NCBI RefSeq assembly: GCF_001194135.2
Contig: NC_068997.1
Span: 9,067,244 to 9,131,243, forward strand
From: Octopus bimaculoides
Lineage: Eukaryota
Reading direction: 5' to 3'
DNA: 64,000 nucleotides
Each line of letters begins with the position of its first letter. Position 1 is the stretch's first letter. The notes below the pieces were generated by a model, which was not told the DNA's origin, did not search any database, and saw nothing but the letters and a program-made list of their open reading frames with translations. Shown here one piece after another: positions 49,514-62,506 of this stretch. Made by a program: the position numbers and the translations under genes.

Positions 49514-51213
49514 GCAGAAATAGTAAACTGTTGAACAAAATCATCATCATCACTATTTAATGTTTATTTTCCATGCCGGTATGGATTGGCTGGTTTGACA
49601 GGGTCTGATAACTCACAGGGCTACACCAAGCGCCAGTGTCAGATTTAACATGTTTTTTTTTTATGACTGGATGCCCTTAATGACTGTACAGAGTGTACTG
49701 GATGCATTTTTTTTGGAATTACCTGCACTAGTGAGACTGCCACATAATTTGCAAAACAGAAGAACAAGGAAAAAATAAAGAGCAGTTCCTGCTTCTACGT
49801 ATGTGTTTGTGAGCTTTATACCAAGTGTTCAAGGCAAGTATGATAGAAGGACAAATATAAGGATTTGAAATCCACGGGGAATTGAAATTAAAATGTAGAG
49901 CTGGCATTGATACAATAAAGTACTACTTAGAAAATGAGATCAGTTTTAATTGACTATATCTTACCCACAAATCTGAGGGCTTGTGGTTTCATTTGAAATC
50001 AATATTAGTTAATATATTAAAACTGAAAATGCAGTAAGACTAAGGGAGAGATGGGAAGTATATGATCTACTTAAATCCAGCAAGCAAACTGGTTGACTGG
50101 ATATTAAAAAATTACCAGAAGTTAGTTTATTTCTTCAACAGAAAACTGAGGAAAGATGAGGATAACAACTAAAACATCATCCTAGATTGATGTTGGGTTG
50201 TCACCAGGTAAAACTGATCTTTGGTTACAGATAGAATAATATTGAGAAATGAGATGTTAGTATTACATTACAATTTATGTCAATGGAAAGTGAAATATGG
50301 CTATTGATTAGATATCCATTTTGTAATGATGGATTAGCTTTTTGGATAAGATTCTTATACTTAGGATAAAATTCTTGTTTTGAAACAAACCCTTTTATCA
50401 TCATCATCATCATCATCATTTTAACATTCACTTTTCCATGCTCACGTAGGTCAGGTGTAATTAGTTGAGGCAGATTTTGCCTGGCTAGATGCCCTTCCTG
50501 CCACCAAGAAAGGTTATGTTTCTCTGTGACCAGACATGTTTTCAAATGAAGGACACCACTTGCATGACGGTGACACTTGTTTACAACTATTACACAGTGT
50601 CAAGACAAAGAGACAGTAACACGCACTCACATACAATGACTGGCTTCTTTCAGTCTCCATCTACCAAATCCACTCAGAAGGCTTTGGTTGGCCCAGAACT
50701 ATAGTAGAAGACACTTGGTGAAGGTGCTATGTAGTGGCATTGAACCCAGAATCATGTGGTTGGGAAGCAAACTTATCATACAGCCACATTGTTAACTTTT
50801 GGTCAGTCCTGACCAAAGATGTTCCAAACACGAGTCCACCATTTTCCTTTTCAAACTGTATCTAGGGTTACACTATCCATTATAAGGTGTTATTTGGAGA
50901 AGATTTGGTTGCTATTTCCAGCAAGTCAGGTGACAGCATTAGACTGGTTTCCTAATTGGTTTTACTTGATTTGTTTCCTCCAAGTAAAGGTGTGTGGCCT
51001 AGTGGTTAGAGTGTTGCACCCAAATCACAAGATCATGGTTTCAATTCCCAGATTGGGCAGTGTGTTGTTTTCTTAAGCAAAACGCTTCATCACACGTTGC
51101 TTTGCAATTACTTCAACATCTGACATGTGGCACACCATGCACCTGTACAGGAACTGTTGATTTGATGGAGGGAGCGAGCTAATGTATAGCACAAACATTT
51201 GATCACTATAAAC

Positions 51214-51697
51214 CAGGGGTGGGGAAACGCCCGCCTTCGAGCATAATTGCGCCTGCAGGCCAATATACTAGTATGTACAAAATAAGTAGATTTTTCAATT
51301 AAAAAATCTATATAATATTCGTCTGCCTATTTGCGACACAGGTCATGCTTCCACTATGACTTAGAGCGTTTAGATTCAAACAGAAAATCGTTCAGTAATT
51401 TCCATTTAAATATATAAAACATATATTGCTAGGTTTGTACCACCCCCTTGAGACCCAACTACACTCTAGCTGAAAGAAATAGAATACCGCATAGGTAATA
51501 TAAACATCCTAAATTCAGTGGTGGCATTAATGAAGATGTTATGCATTAATTTAATGTCTTAAACTTATCTTTTATTAATGTATATTGAATTATATATAGA
51601 TATATACAAGATTTACACAGATAGAAGAGTTAGAACCTGTGATCCGCCCGCAAATCTTTTTCTTTTCCCGCTGCACTAAAAAGTTTCCCCACCCCTG
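51214..51697. mobile_element. hAT MITE, 484 bp, nested in a tRNA-derived SINE
   Basis: 15-bp TIR caggggtggggaaac / gtttccccacccctg; perfect 8-bp TSD ctataaac (51206-51213, 51698-51705); the host SINE head starts near 50987. Confidence 0.92.
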
Positions 51698-53434
51698 CTA
51701 TAAACAAATCATCTTTGTAGGTTGTTCAGCAAAAGTTGTCTTTCTCAGACTGCCAGAGACCACCAATATTATTATGCCAGAAAAGTGCTTGTGAGTGGAT
51801 TCGGTAGATGGAAACTGAAAGAAGCCCATGCTGGTTGGTGCCTGTATGTGTCACTTTGTCTTGACATCACATGATAATTGTGAATGTATGTCACTGTCAT
51901 ACAAGCTGTGTTGTTTATTTACAGTATTTTGCCAAAATATGTCTGGTATTGAGGAGATATCACCTTGCTTGGAAACAGGTGAAGGTTGGCAGCAGTAAGG
52001 GCCTCTGGCCATAGAAAACCTGCCCCAAACTCTGTCTGACCCATGCAGTCTTTGAAAAGTAGATGTTAAAAGGATGGTGATATATTTTCTTTTCATGAGT
52101 TAGAGAACAAGGGTACATACTCCCAGATAGGTTGGCTGTGACAAGTGTCCAGTCAAAACAAATGTAAGTCAATCTGCAGCAAAACTTGAATGAGGGTGAG
52201 GAATGGGAGGCTTTAGTTCTTGCAAAGGAAAAAAACTTTACTGAAGGCACTCAAGGTGATGGTGTTGGACCAGGTAGTGTGCTAGGCCTACTATCAAGTT
52301 AAGTATTTGATTATTAAATGAATTACTTTCTTGAAGTAATTCAAAACTTTATTTGTTGCAGAAAATAAAATGGTTGTGAGGTTAACCCTTTTGTTACCAC
52401 ATTTCTATTGAAATAACACTGCCTTTGTTTCAATTAATATTAAATTAATTTTGAAAATAATGAAAAATTTTGCAAAATCACTTAGTTGCTATTAAGCTGG
52501 TCTTTGGAACATAAATTAACATGAAACTTTGAAGGAAGGCTTTAATTTAGATCACTTTAAAATGGGAAGTTTGCATAATGGAATGAAAGGCAGGTTGGTA
52601 TCAAAATGGTGAAGGTGTTGGATTCTAATCAGGTCATATTACAACCATTGAAACCATATTGTAATGTATTACTGAGAAAGGTAACAGCAGACCTGCTGCT
52701 TTGATGGTTGAATAAGGAAAGGACATCCATCTGTGAGAGCTGACAAAGCAATTTCTTAAATAAAACAATTAACCGACCCTTGCAAGTATGGAAAAATAGT
52801 TGTAAAAAGATGTGTGACATTTATAGCTTTCTTTCAGAGAGTTACAAAAGTGATGTTCAATCCTTACAATCAACTCTTGTAACAGACTTTTGTCACATGG
52901 AGCTATATGTGCGAGTAAAGCTCACAATCATAATGCCTTGTATGGCACCATGGGCTTCTTTTTCTATCTTAGCCTCAGATTGACCCAAGCTTTGGGAGTG
53001 AAAATGGCTTAATAGAAACTGTATAAAATTCTATCAGAAGATGTATGCTTCAAATTCAAGGGACTAGCATTGTCCCATAAATTATCATACTGATTCTGCT
53101 TGAGTATTACTTTAACCCTTTACCATGTCAAATGTAATATTCAAATGGTTTTGAATGAATCATGCATAATCTTATAGTTTTGAGATTTCAATGTAGTGAT
53201 TGTTTACATGGTAGAATAGGTGTGAGAGGCCAGATCTGACCAGTTTGAACATGGAACATATCTTGGCCAGTTTAAATGCTAAAGGGTTAAGGATACAACT
53301 TTCACTAGAAATACTAAACCACTCTGCAATAACCATTCTTAAAACTTGAAGTTCAGGCCTGTACATGTTTCTGTAATCATTTTGTTCATAGCTGAATTCA
53401 AATTTGTTATTTGTTATTCTATTCTCAGGGAGGA

Positions 53435-53530
53435 ATGAATGAAAACAATGTTGATATCGGCATTGCTGCTACCACTTTAAAGCCAACACCAGAAGAAATC
53501 ACTGTCAGTGTTCCAGAAAATGTGACAGCA
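53435..53530 (+). CDS. BANP: BANP first coding exon (acceptor at 53429)
   Basis: ttctcag|ggagga ATG NENNVDIGIAATTLKPTPEEITVSVPENVTA |gtaaga; the start codon is inferred. Confidence 0.7.
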
Positions 53531-56500
53531 GTAAGAAATATTTCAATCTCTTATTCTAAATACATTGAAAATTTTCAAAAAATACCTGATTGATGTCTGT
53601 TCTCTCGATCTGTAAAGCAAAGCAAAACAGAAGAGTTTGTTCATGAAATATTTAGCTACAACATCTTAAGTGCATTTCATTAACAAAAAAAAAAAAACCC
53701 AGTTATATAAGGGAAAACCTTAGTAGCTGATTGCATTGGCAACTTTTCAAACATTGTGTAACTCCCATTAGTAATCTTTAGTGTTTATACAGAATTGTGA
53801 ACAGTATTATGCAGAGTTATGCAATCTCTGAGGATTTGACTGTGCAATAACTTTCAAAGAGTTATATAATTGGTAATTTCCATTGTCAATGAAATATGCA
53901 TAAGATGACATAAATATTTGTTTTACTTTCTGTATGTACTCTGACCTATTTGCTGATCAATCCAACCTTTGGTCATGCAGGAATACACATGGAGTTTTAA
54001 ATACTAATTATTTGCCATGCAATTGAAATTTAAACTGCATTATTTATACTTGTGTGGATGTGTGTAACACTTCTTTTTTTAATTCCTTTTACCCTCCTGT
54101 CATCTTAACCTTGATGAGAGATTCTATTAGGCTAACAGAGAAAGTAGCCTTTGTATGCAGCAGATGTACTAGAGGAATAAACACTAAGAACACACAAGAG
54201 ATAGATTCTCTCCAATGGCCCAGGAGTAGATAATTTGTGTTACTTAGGTTACCTACTCAGCAGTGGAGGAGGATGTCTGAGAGTATAGTTGCTAGAATAA
54301 GAATAAGATAGAAAAAGTTCAGGGTAATAAATGGTCTCATTCTCAGACTGAAAAGCAAACTGTATGATTCTTGTGTACAAACAGCAATGCTACATGGTTG
54401 TAAGATGTAGGCCCTGGATGCAGAGAACATGCAAAAATTAGAAAGAAATGAAGCTAGTTTGCTCTGGTAAATGTGCAACATTGGTGTGCATATACCAGTG
54501 CAAATGTGTTGAGAGAAAGAGCATAAAGTGCATTTGATGTTGTGTGCAAGAAATAAAACTGCACAGGTGTGGTTCTATGATGTGTATGGATGATGACAGC
54601 TGTATAAATAAGTACCAAGTGGATGGAACTTGTGGAAGAGGAAGACATGATGAAGTTGTGAAGTCTGATCTCAAGATGTTCAGTCTCATGGTGGAGATAA
54701 CAAAGGACCGAAATGAGTGGAATTTCACTGTGCTCAATAAGACCCATCTGTCATGGTGAAAATGCAGTTTTAAAAGCATTATGTTTATGTCTATGCACTC
54801 ACCAGACCCTGCTCCTACACCCAATCTGGTCCCCCATCACTCTACTAACAATGGCACTATTCAGCTGCTGTAATCGTATGGCAGGAGATTCTGCAAATAT
54901 TTCTTCTCCTTTGTGCTACTAGTTACCTCTCTGGAGCCAATTCCATTTAAAATCTACATTTCATTCTCTGTGTCATCTCTTTCCATTTTTTTTCCTATTA
55001 AGTTAGGGTCCCAGTCTGAGGATGACCTATTAGTCGTATTTCTTTTCTCCCTCATTCTTTCCCCATTAATTTTGGAAGTTCTGATAAAACTATGGAAAAG
55101 AAATGCATACTGGAGATTGTCTTTTGTTACTCCTTTTTTTTTTTAATGTAGTCAAGACTGGAGAAACTAAGACCTAGTTTGAATGCTTGAAGTAGTGTAG
55201 GCTGTCAAAGACACACAAAAGCTATGTGATGGTGTTATAGAAAAGATTACCACATTGTAAACTTATATTGCTCAAGCTACTGTTTCACTACAACTATTAC
55301 AACAACTCCTTCCAGCAATAATATGTCATCTTGGTAACAAATACAGTTTACTATTTCTAGTCAGCCATCTGATCTATTCTTGTTTTTCATTTTATGAGTA
55401 TAGCTTCTGCTATCTACCGTGTATCTATCACATATGAAGTTCTTGGGCAGTGTGGCAGAGATCTTGTTGCATTATTTATGTACATATTGTTTGCACTGAG
55501 TGCACAATATTGAGTTCCTACATCACAAGCAAAAGTACTTCCCAGATGACATCAGGATTCTGTACTTTTGGTTACTAATTAGTTCTTTAATTTTCAACTG
55601 TTTATGCTCTAGACCATTTCTACAGGTTTGAAGATTTTTCTACAGTGCTTTAACAAATTCTTGTTTGAGAATTAGGTCATTGGTATACAAAAGTTACCAA
55701 GGGCAACCTATTTCAATTATTAGAGGGCTAAGGACAGAGGCCTGTTAAGGACCTAGCTCTGCTAGCATAGCTGGGGGTGGGAGCAGTACGGGCAGCACTT
55801 TTAAAGGGGCAGTACTTTTCATCCTGTTGTAGGCTGTTGCTGTAGGCAATATGTGTTTTTTGTGGGGTCTGGGGGCAGCAAACGGAAGGGCTGCCCCAGG
55901 TGGCACACACTCCAGCTATGCTAGTGTCTAGCTCTCCATTAAATACTTCTAAACTCTGACGATCCTGATCGTTGTGTGAATTGTACCCTCTTATATAGTC
56001 TGAACATCCCGCAAACCATTTAACTACTCCTTTATCAACAAAAGCAAAATCATTTGTTGTTTGATATATTTGCAGAGCCAGTCAAATAAACCAGTATTTG
56101 CATCATAGCTAGGCATTCTTGCCTCAATCTACCATGTCAAATAAATACAAGCTAACAAAGGAGCTGTTATCTGATTGCTCAGCATACTAAAAATAGCAAC
56201 CAGTTTTGCCTTATCGTATCTTACTGTTTTAAAAGATAATAGTCTTATATGCTCCTAAAAACATCGGATGATCATGGCTGGAATGTCTTTTATAATAGAC
56301 GTTTCTCAATTTTTTAGTTTTTATATCTAACTAGATCATTCTGTTATTTTGTTTAATAATGTTATAACCTTTATCTGAAGTTTAGTTTAATTAAACATTC
56401 CATTTAGGTTAGTGTACATTCAGATCTGTAACCACGTGCAGTAAAAGATATGAATATTATTTATAAAAAAAAGAATGTAGTTCTGTCATGTCTTTTACTG

Positions 56501-59500
56501 TATTAAGAATTATAGTAAAATATTCTTCTACCATATAAATCATATAAAAAACATTGGTGTAATCTTGTAATCTTCTCTATCATCTCAGATAGTCATGAAT
56601 GAAGTTGGTGATCCTACAGTGGCTTTGACAGGCTCTACAAATGTAGCAGTCGATGGTGAAGACACTGTCACAACTACTGTTGCTGAAGGGTTAACTGTAT
56701 CAAATTCAGTTATTAATGTCGAAACACCAATAGCAAAACCACCACCTCGGGTTGTAAATACAGCACATTTAATGACACACATTGTCAATCCAGATTTGAG
56801 TGATGACTCAGGTAAGCTAAATTTTATCATTTTTTTGTTGTTGTCTTTGTTACCTACCATTTTACCTTGTCTTATTTGCCCAATTAAAAATTTATTTGAT
56901 TTCTATCTTGTCACTTGTATGATTTGGGAGTGTCAGCTCAGACTGTTTGGTCATGTTGTTTGATTTTTTCCAAGTTAGACCCTTCGTATTGTGTTCTGTT
57001 CTCTGAGGATCTGACTCATGTTGGTCAGCCACATGCCACATGGTTGCAGTGGATGAGGAAGTATCTCACAGAGATGAGGACTGAATGGAACATTGCTTGG
57101 ATGGTTGCCCAGAATGACCTAAGCAAATACTGAAAAATAGTGGATGCAGCAGTGCCTTCAATCCATTAATAGGCAATACTTGCCAATTAATGCATCATTA
57201 AAATTTGTTTGTCTTTTGTATTCTTTTGAGTTGGTTTGCATCAATGATGTTATTTTTATAATAAGATGTTCTACTTCATGCAAGCCAAAAATGATAAAAG
57301 TCCAGACTTGAACCATTATGAGTCAGCCAATGGGAAAATCTTTTCTGTTAGAAATACAGGCTAAAATAACTGGGCAGAAGATTGGTTGAATTATTAGAGT
57401 CTTGGACAAAATGTACCTTGCAATATCTTTTCAGCTTTTTACATTTTGAGTTTAAATCCCATCATGGTTGACTGCCTTTCATTCCTACAGGTTTGATAAA
57501 ATAAAATACTGGGGACTAATGTTATTTACTGTCCTCCTCTTCTCAAAATTGCTGGCATCATGGCCAAAATCAATTTTACCTTTCATTTGTCTGGGTCAAT
57601 AAAATAAAATACTGTTTAAGCCCTGGGGGTTGATGATATTCACCCATCTGCTCAAAATTGTTGGCTTTGTACCTAAATTATCAACCAAAGGTGAGAAGCT
57701 GGCAGAATTGCTAGCATGCCAGACAAAATTCTTTTGGTTTTATGTTAAGAGTTGAAATTCCGCTGAGGTTGACTTTGTGTTTCATTCTTTTGGGGGTACC
57801 TGTTGAGTACTGGGGTTGACGTAATCCACTAGTGCTCTCCACCAACATTTTAGACTTTGTGCATAGAGTAGAAATAATTATTATTATTATCAGTGGAATA
57901 TAGGATTTATCCAGTTATTAGCTAAGTTCACTTTGAAGTTCATCCCTTCATCTAGCTTTAGTTGAGAAGGTAGATGATGAAAGAGGTTGTGTGGTTGACA
58001 CAACTGGAAGGACTAAATATAGTCTCTATTCTCTTTGGCCAAGCTCTCACCAAATTCTTCATTTTCACTTGAAGAGGAAAGTACTGTCATACAGTAAATA
58101 TGTTGAAAGGTGGGGAGGAATGGTGAACATGGCTCCAATGAACGAGCATACTCTAAAATAGGTAACTGTAGATTGGGAGATGACATCTGAGAGAAGGCAC
58201 TCATTCTTGCTGATTAGGATAATCCAGGTTTATTTTTAATCTACATACACGATTGCAGTTTTTTCTGGAGATGAGGATTCCTGTGATGGGGAGCCAGCAG
58301 AGAAGCGGATGAAGTTAGAACAAGATATCAATATTGATATGGACCAATCGTTAAAGGTAAAAGATAATATTTTGTTAGATATATTTTTAATGAACATTTC
58401 ACAACCTCTTTCGTTCTTTTTCTAAGGTCTTCTATCAATGCCTGAAGTCATTGTTTTTGTGTGATGATTTTTTTCATCCTAGTAACCTCATCTATGGAGA
58501 TGAAACATTTTTAACACTACATTTTAATTAGTTTGATCTCTGTTCTAGCTGGAATCCTGTCTGGTTCTGTGTATGTAACTAGGAATAAGAAGGGACATGA
58601 TGATGATGATCAGAGATCAAGCTTGTAGACATAAATATTAAAACCAGTTTCATTTCTAAAGATGAGGTTAACAATAAAAAAAAAAAAACATTAGAATCAT
58701 GTCAACATCAGCTCATTTTAAACATTGAAGGCATTATTACTTGATGTTATTGTGTATGTTTGTGAAAGTATTGTAGAGCAATGAGACTAAACCCAGAACC
58801 ATGTAGTTGAGAAGCGAACTTCTCAAGACACAGCCATGTGCTATTAAATAACAGAACAAAGCACTTACTACAGTCACAGAACTCAATTTTCTCCAAATTT
58901 GTTGTTAGAGGATAATTTATTAATTCATAACATTATGTGTACTAAAAATAAAAAATAAAAATCTATCTTATACTTTTAATTGAAAAATCAACAAAAACAC
59001 TTCTTATTTTGCAGCAAATTTTATTTAATATCAACAAGGCAATCTGTTTAAGGCTTGATAGTATAGAAAACAAGCTTGAAAATGTTGGATTACGAACAAA
59101 ATATTTGGAAGTTAAACTACTAGAATTGGTAAATCAGAATAAGAGTGGCAATAGCAATACAACTTCATACGCTACGAAACGAGGGTAAGTAATTTGAGGA
59201 GAAAAATTGTTTTTGAATGTTATATGGCAAATTTTGTAGACTCCTTTAAAATTTTAATTAAATGCTAATGAAGTATTTTTTTGTGTTTATATAGTAAACA
59301 TACATTTTAGATTGAGATTTAAAGGCAATTTTGGATTTTTTCTTGAAATATTTCAGTTCCACATCTCCTTCACGGCGTTCCGGTGCCCTTATTGTTGGTC
59401 TTCCACAAGACAGAAATAGTGGTATGTCTTTTTTCGTTTTTGTTTTTATTTTGACTATTTTACTGTTTCATTGATTTTGAATTTATTTCTAAGTAGTTTC

Positions 59501-60307
59501 AATGTTGTTTGTCTCTGGCTCCCATAACTTGGGGTAGGGTGAGTGAAAAGTTTTCTTGTTATGTGTGGGTGGGACACACACACAGGTCAGGGGCTAGCAG
59601 ATGGCAATGATACAGTGAGACAGGGCGTGTGGGTGGAACACACAGACTGAGGGCTAACGGAGAGCAATGATACAGTGAGACAGGGCGTGTGGGTGGAACA
59701 CACAGACTGAGGGCTAGCGGAGAGCAATGATACAGTGAGACAGGGCGTGTGGGTGGAACACACAGACTGAAGGCTAGCGGAGAGCAATGATACAGTGAGA
59801 CGGGGCGAAGAGAACAGGACTAGGGAGTGAGAGGTAAGCCTAGTGCATGAAGCAGAAATATGAGGAAGAGAAGTGATGCAGAGATGTAGTTTGGTTTGTT
59901 GTGGAAGGGTGTGTGAGAGGTTTTCTTGTTAAATGTGGGTGAGACACACAGCACTTCTAGAATTCAGTTTTGCTGACATAGGCAGGTCTTCTCAACAACC
60001 TCTTATCGCCAGACATCTTGGTCCATTGACCCAGGAAGACGTGGGATGAAGTGATAAAGACTGATCTCAAGATGCTGGGCCTCACGGAGAATATATGTAT
60101 ATATATATATATATATATGATTGACCGTTGACTGAACACTATTCAATTTTTTTTTCTCCGTGTTTTTCTCCTTGTCTCCGTATTCTTTCTGTTGAAGAGC
60201 GTAGCTCGAAACATCAAAGACTTTCCGTATTCCCGAGCGTCATACTAATATATACTTTTGTTATTTACACCACCTGTCCTCGTCTGTTGTTATTATTTGT
60301 ATATTCT

Positions 60308-60375
<68 letters not shown>

Positions 60376-62467
60376 CATCATCATTTAATGTCTGTTTTCT
60401 ATACTGGCATGGGTTTGACAGTTTGAAGGAGTTGGCCAACTGGAGAGCTGCACTAGGCTCTAATTGTCTGTTTTTACACAGTTTCTACACTTGGATGCCC
60501 TTTGTTGGTAGTCTAATTATGCTTAGATAATGATTAGGGTTTCTAGTTTTGGGAGGTTCTGACACACACATATGATTGTGACATAATTTAGTAAGCAAAG
60601 ACAATCATGCATTATAAATTTATGCTTTAATATATGCTTTGTTTGTTTTTCAGAGGATGAGAGTCAATTTCAGAAAGGTAATTCATATTTTACAATTTTT
60701 ATGTCTTTTGGTCTTTACCCATCCTTCGCAACCATAGGTGAGTATATGAAGGGGTGCTGAAAAGTTCCTGGCCCAACCTTCCGAGTTCTTTTACAGGGCT
60801 TAGAAAAACTGAAGGACTGCTGCAATAAGTGTGTGAATCTGAAAGAGGAATATGTTGAATAAAATCATAATTAACTGATCCTCCTGTATTTTCTTTTATC
60901 CAAAGCCACGAACTTTTCAGCATCCCCTCATCGGTATGAAAACCAAATTGAAGACAGCAAATTTGGCTCTGTTTTTTTTACTAACCTCTCCTCTTCTGAG
61001 GATCGAATGCTGAACTGGTACACCTGCAATTCTAGCATCTAATTCAGTCTTCTGTCTCCAATCACTTGTGAATACAACTCTGAAATACTTCAACTTTTCC
61101 ACTTGCATCAGTGATGTACCACAAACGTGCAAAGTGCACTGGGAAGGCTTTCTTTAAAGGACCAATGTGTCTCAGTTTTCTCAACATGTTACATGAAGAT
61201 AAAATCCTCTTTATTGATCAGAAAAAAATCATATGTTTAAGGGATATTTTCAGTGACTATGTTGAGAATGACTCCTTACTGACTAACAATCATTTTGTAA
61301 CTATGCAGCCTTTTTTACCTAACACACACACATCCACACCTTATTTTTGTATTTATTTTTTTTACTGGTTTAATTTATTCAAAATAATATTTTCATTTCA
61401 TCTTCTTTACAATTCTCAAACAAATTAATCGTTTTTCAAAAAAAAAAATTACATCTCCAAGTTTCACTCCCCACCACCTTTAGTGTTTTTATCCTTGTTT
61501 ACATAGTTCAGATGTTTTTTATTGAACCAGTTGATTTTACAGCTGGATGCCTCTCATGCCAATAGCTACCTAGTTGTAAAATATGCCATGTGTATCTGTC
61601 TTACCTTTTTTTAGATCATGCAGTGTTATTTTATTTAATTTCCTTTTTAGGAATAGATTCTGATATCTTACAAACCATGCAATTAGAAAACAAAGACAAG
61701 AAAGGCAGTATGTATATAAATTCTTTGATATGTGTGTTTATGTAATCTTATTTTCTTAAACTTGCAATTTCTGTCTGTGGTTAACTTTTAAAGCTTATGT
61801 ATAAATTGCAGTATACATCATTATCATTGTCACCATTTACCACTCATTTTCCCATTTGTGCATGGTTCAGACAGAATCTGTTGAGGCAGGTTTTCTATGG
61901 CTGAATGCTCTTCCTGTTGCCAACCATCAACTTATGTTTTCCACGGAAGACTGGAAACAAACAACCTTGCTTGTATGATGATGATGCTCATCTACAACCA
62001 TCACATGATGATTGTCTAGACAATGGCACATGCAAACATATATATATATATGTATATATACATACATATGACAGGCTTCTTTCAGTTTCCATCTAGTAAA
62101 TTCACTCACAAGCCTGGAGCTGTAGCAGAAGACTTTTGTTCATGGTGCTGTGCAGTGGAACTGAACCCAAGACCACGTGGTGGGGAAGCAAGTTTCTTAA
62201 CCAGACAGCCATGCCTGTGGCTATATCTTAGCATAATAATATTTTATCCATCCTCTAATATACATATATAAACATACACACACAATCATCATCATTTAAC
62301 GTCTGCCTTCCATGCTGGCATGGTTTAGATGGTTTGACAGGAGCTGGCCTGGTAGAAGACTATACCAGGCCACTGTGTCTGTTTTGACATGGTTTTTATG
62401 GCTAACACCAACCAACCTGCAGAGTGCACTGAGTGCTTTTTACGTGGTACCAGCACATAAAAAGCAC

Positions 62468-62506
<39 letters not shown>

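Noticed and set aside
58259-58271. Alternative in-frame acceptor CTGGAG| at 58270/58271 for BANP exon 3
   Set aside because: GAG acceptors are rare, so the upstream CAG was preferred; not resolvable without RNA reads
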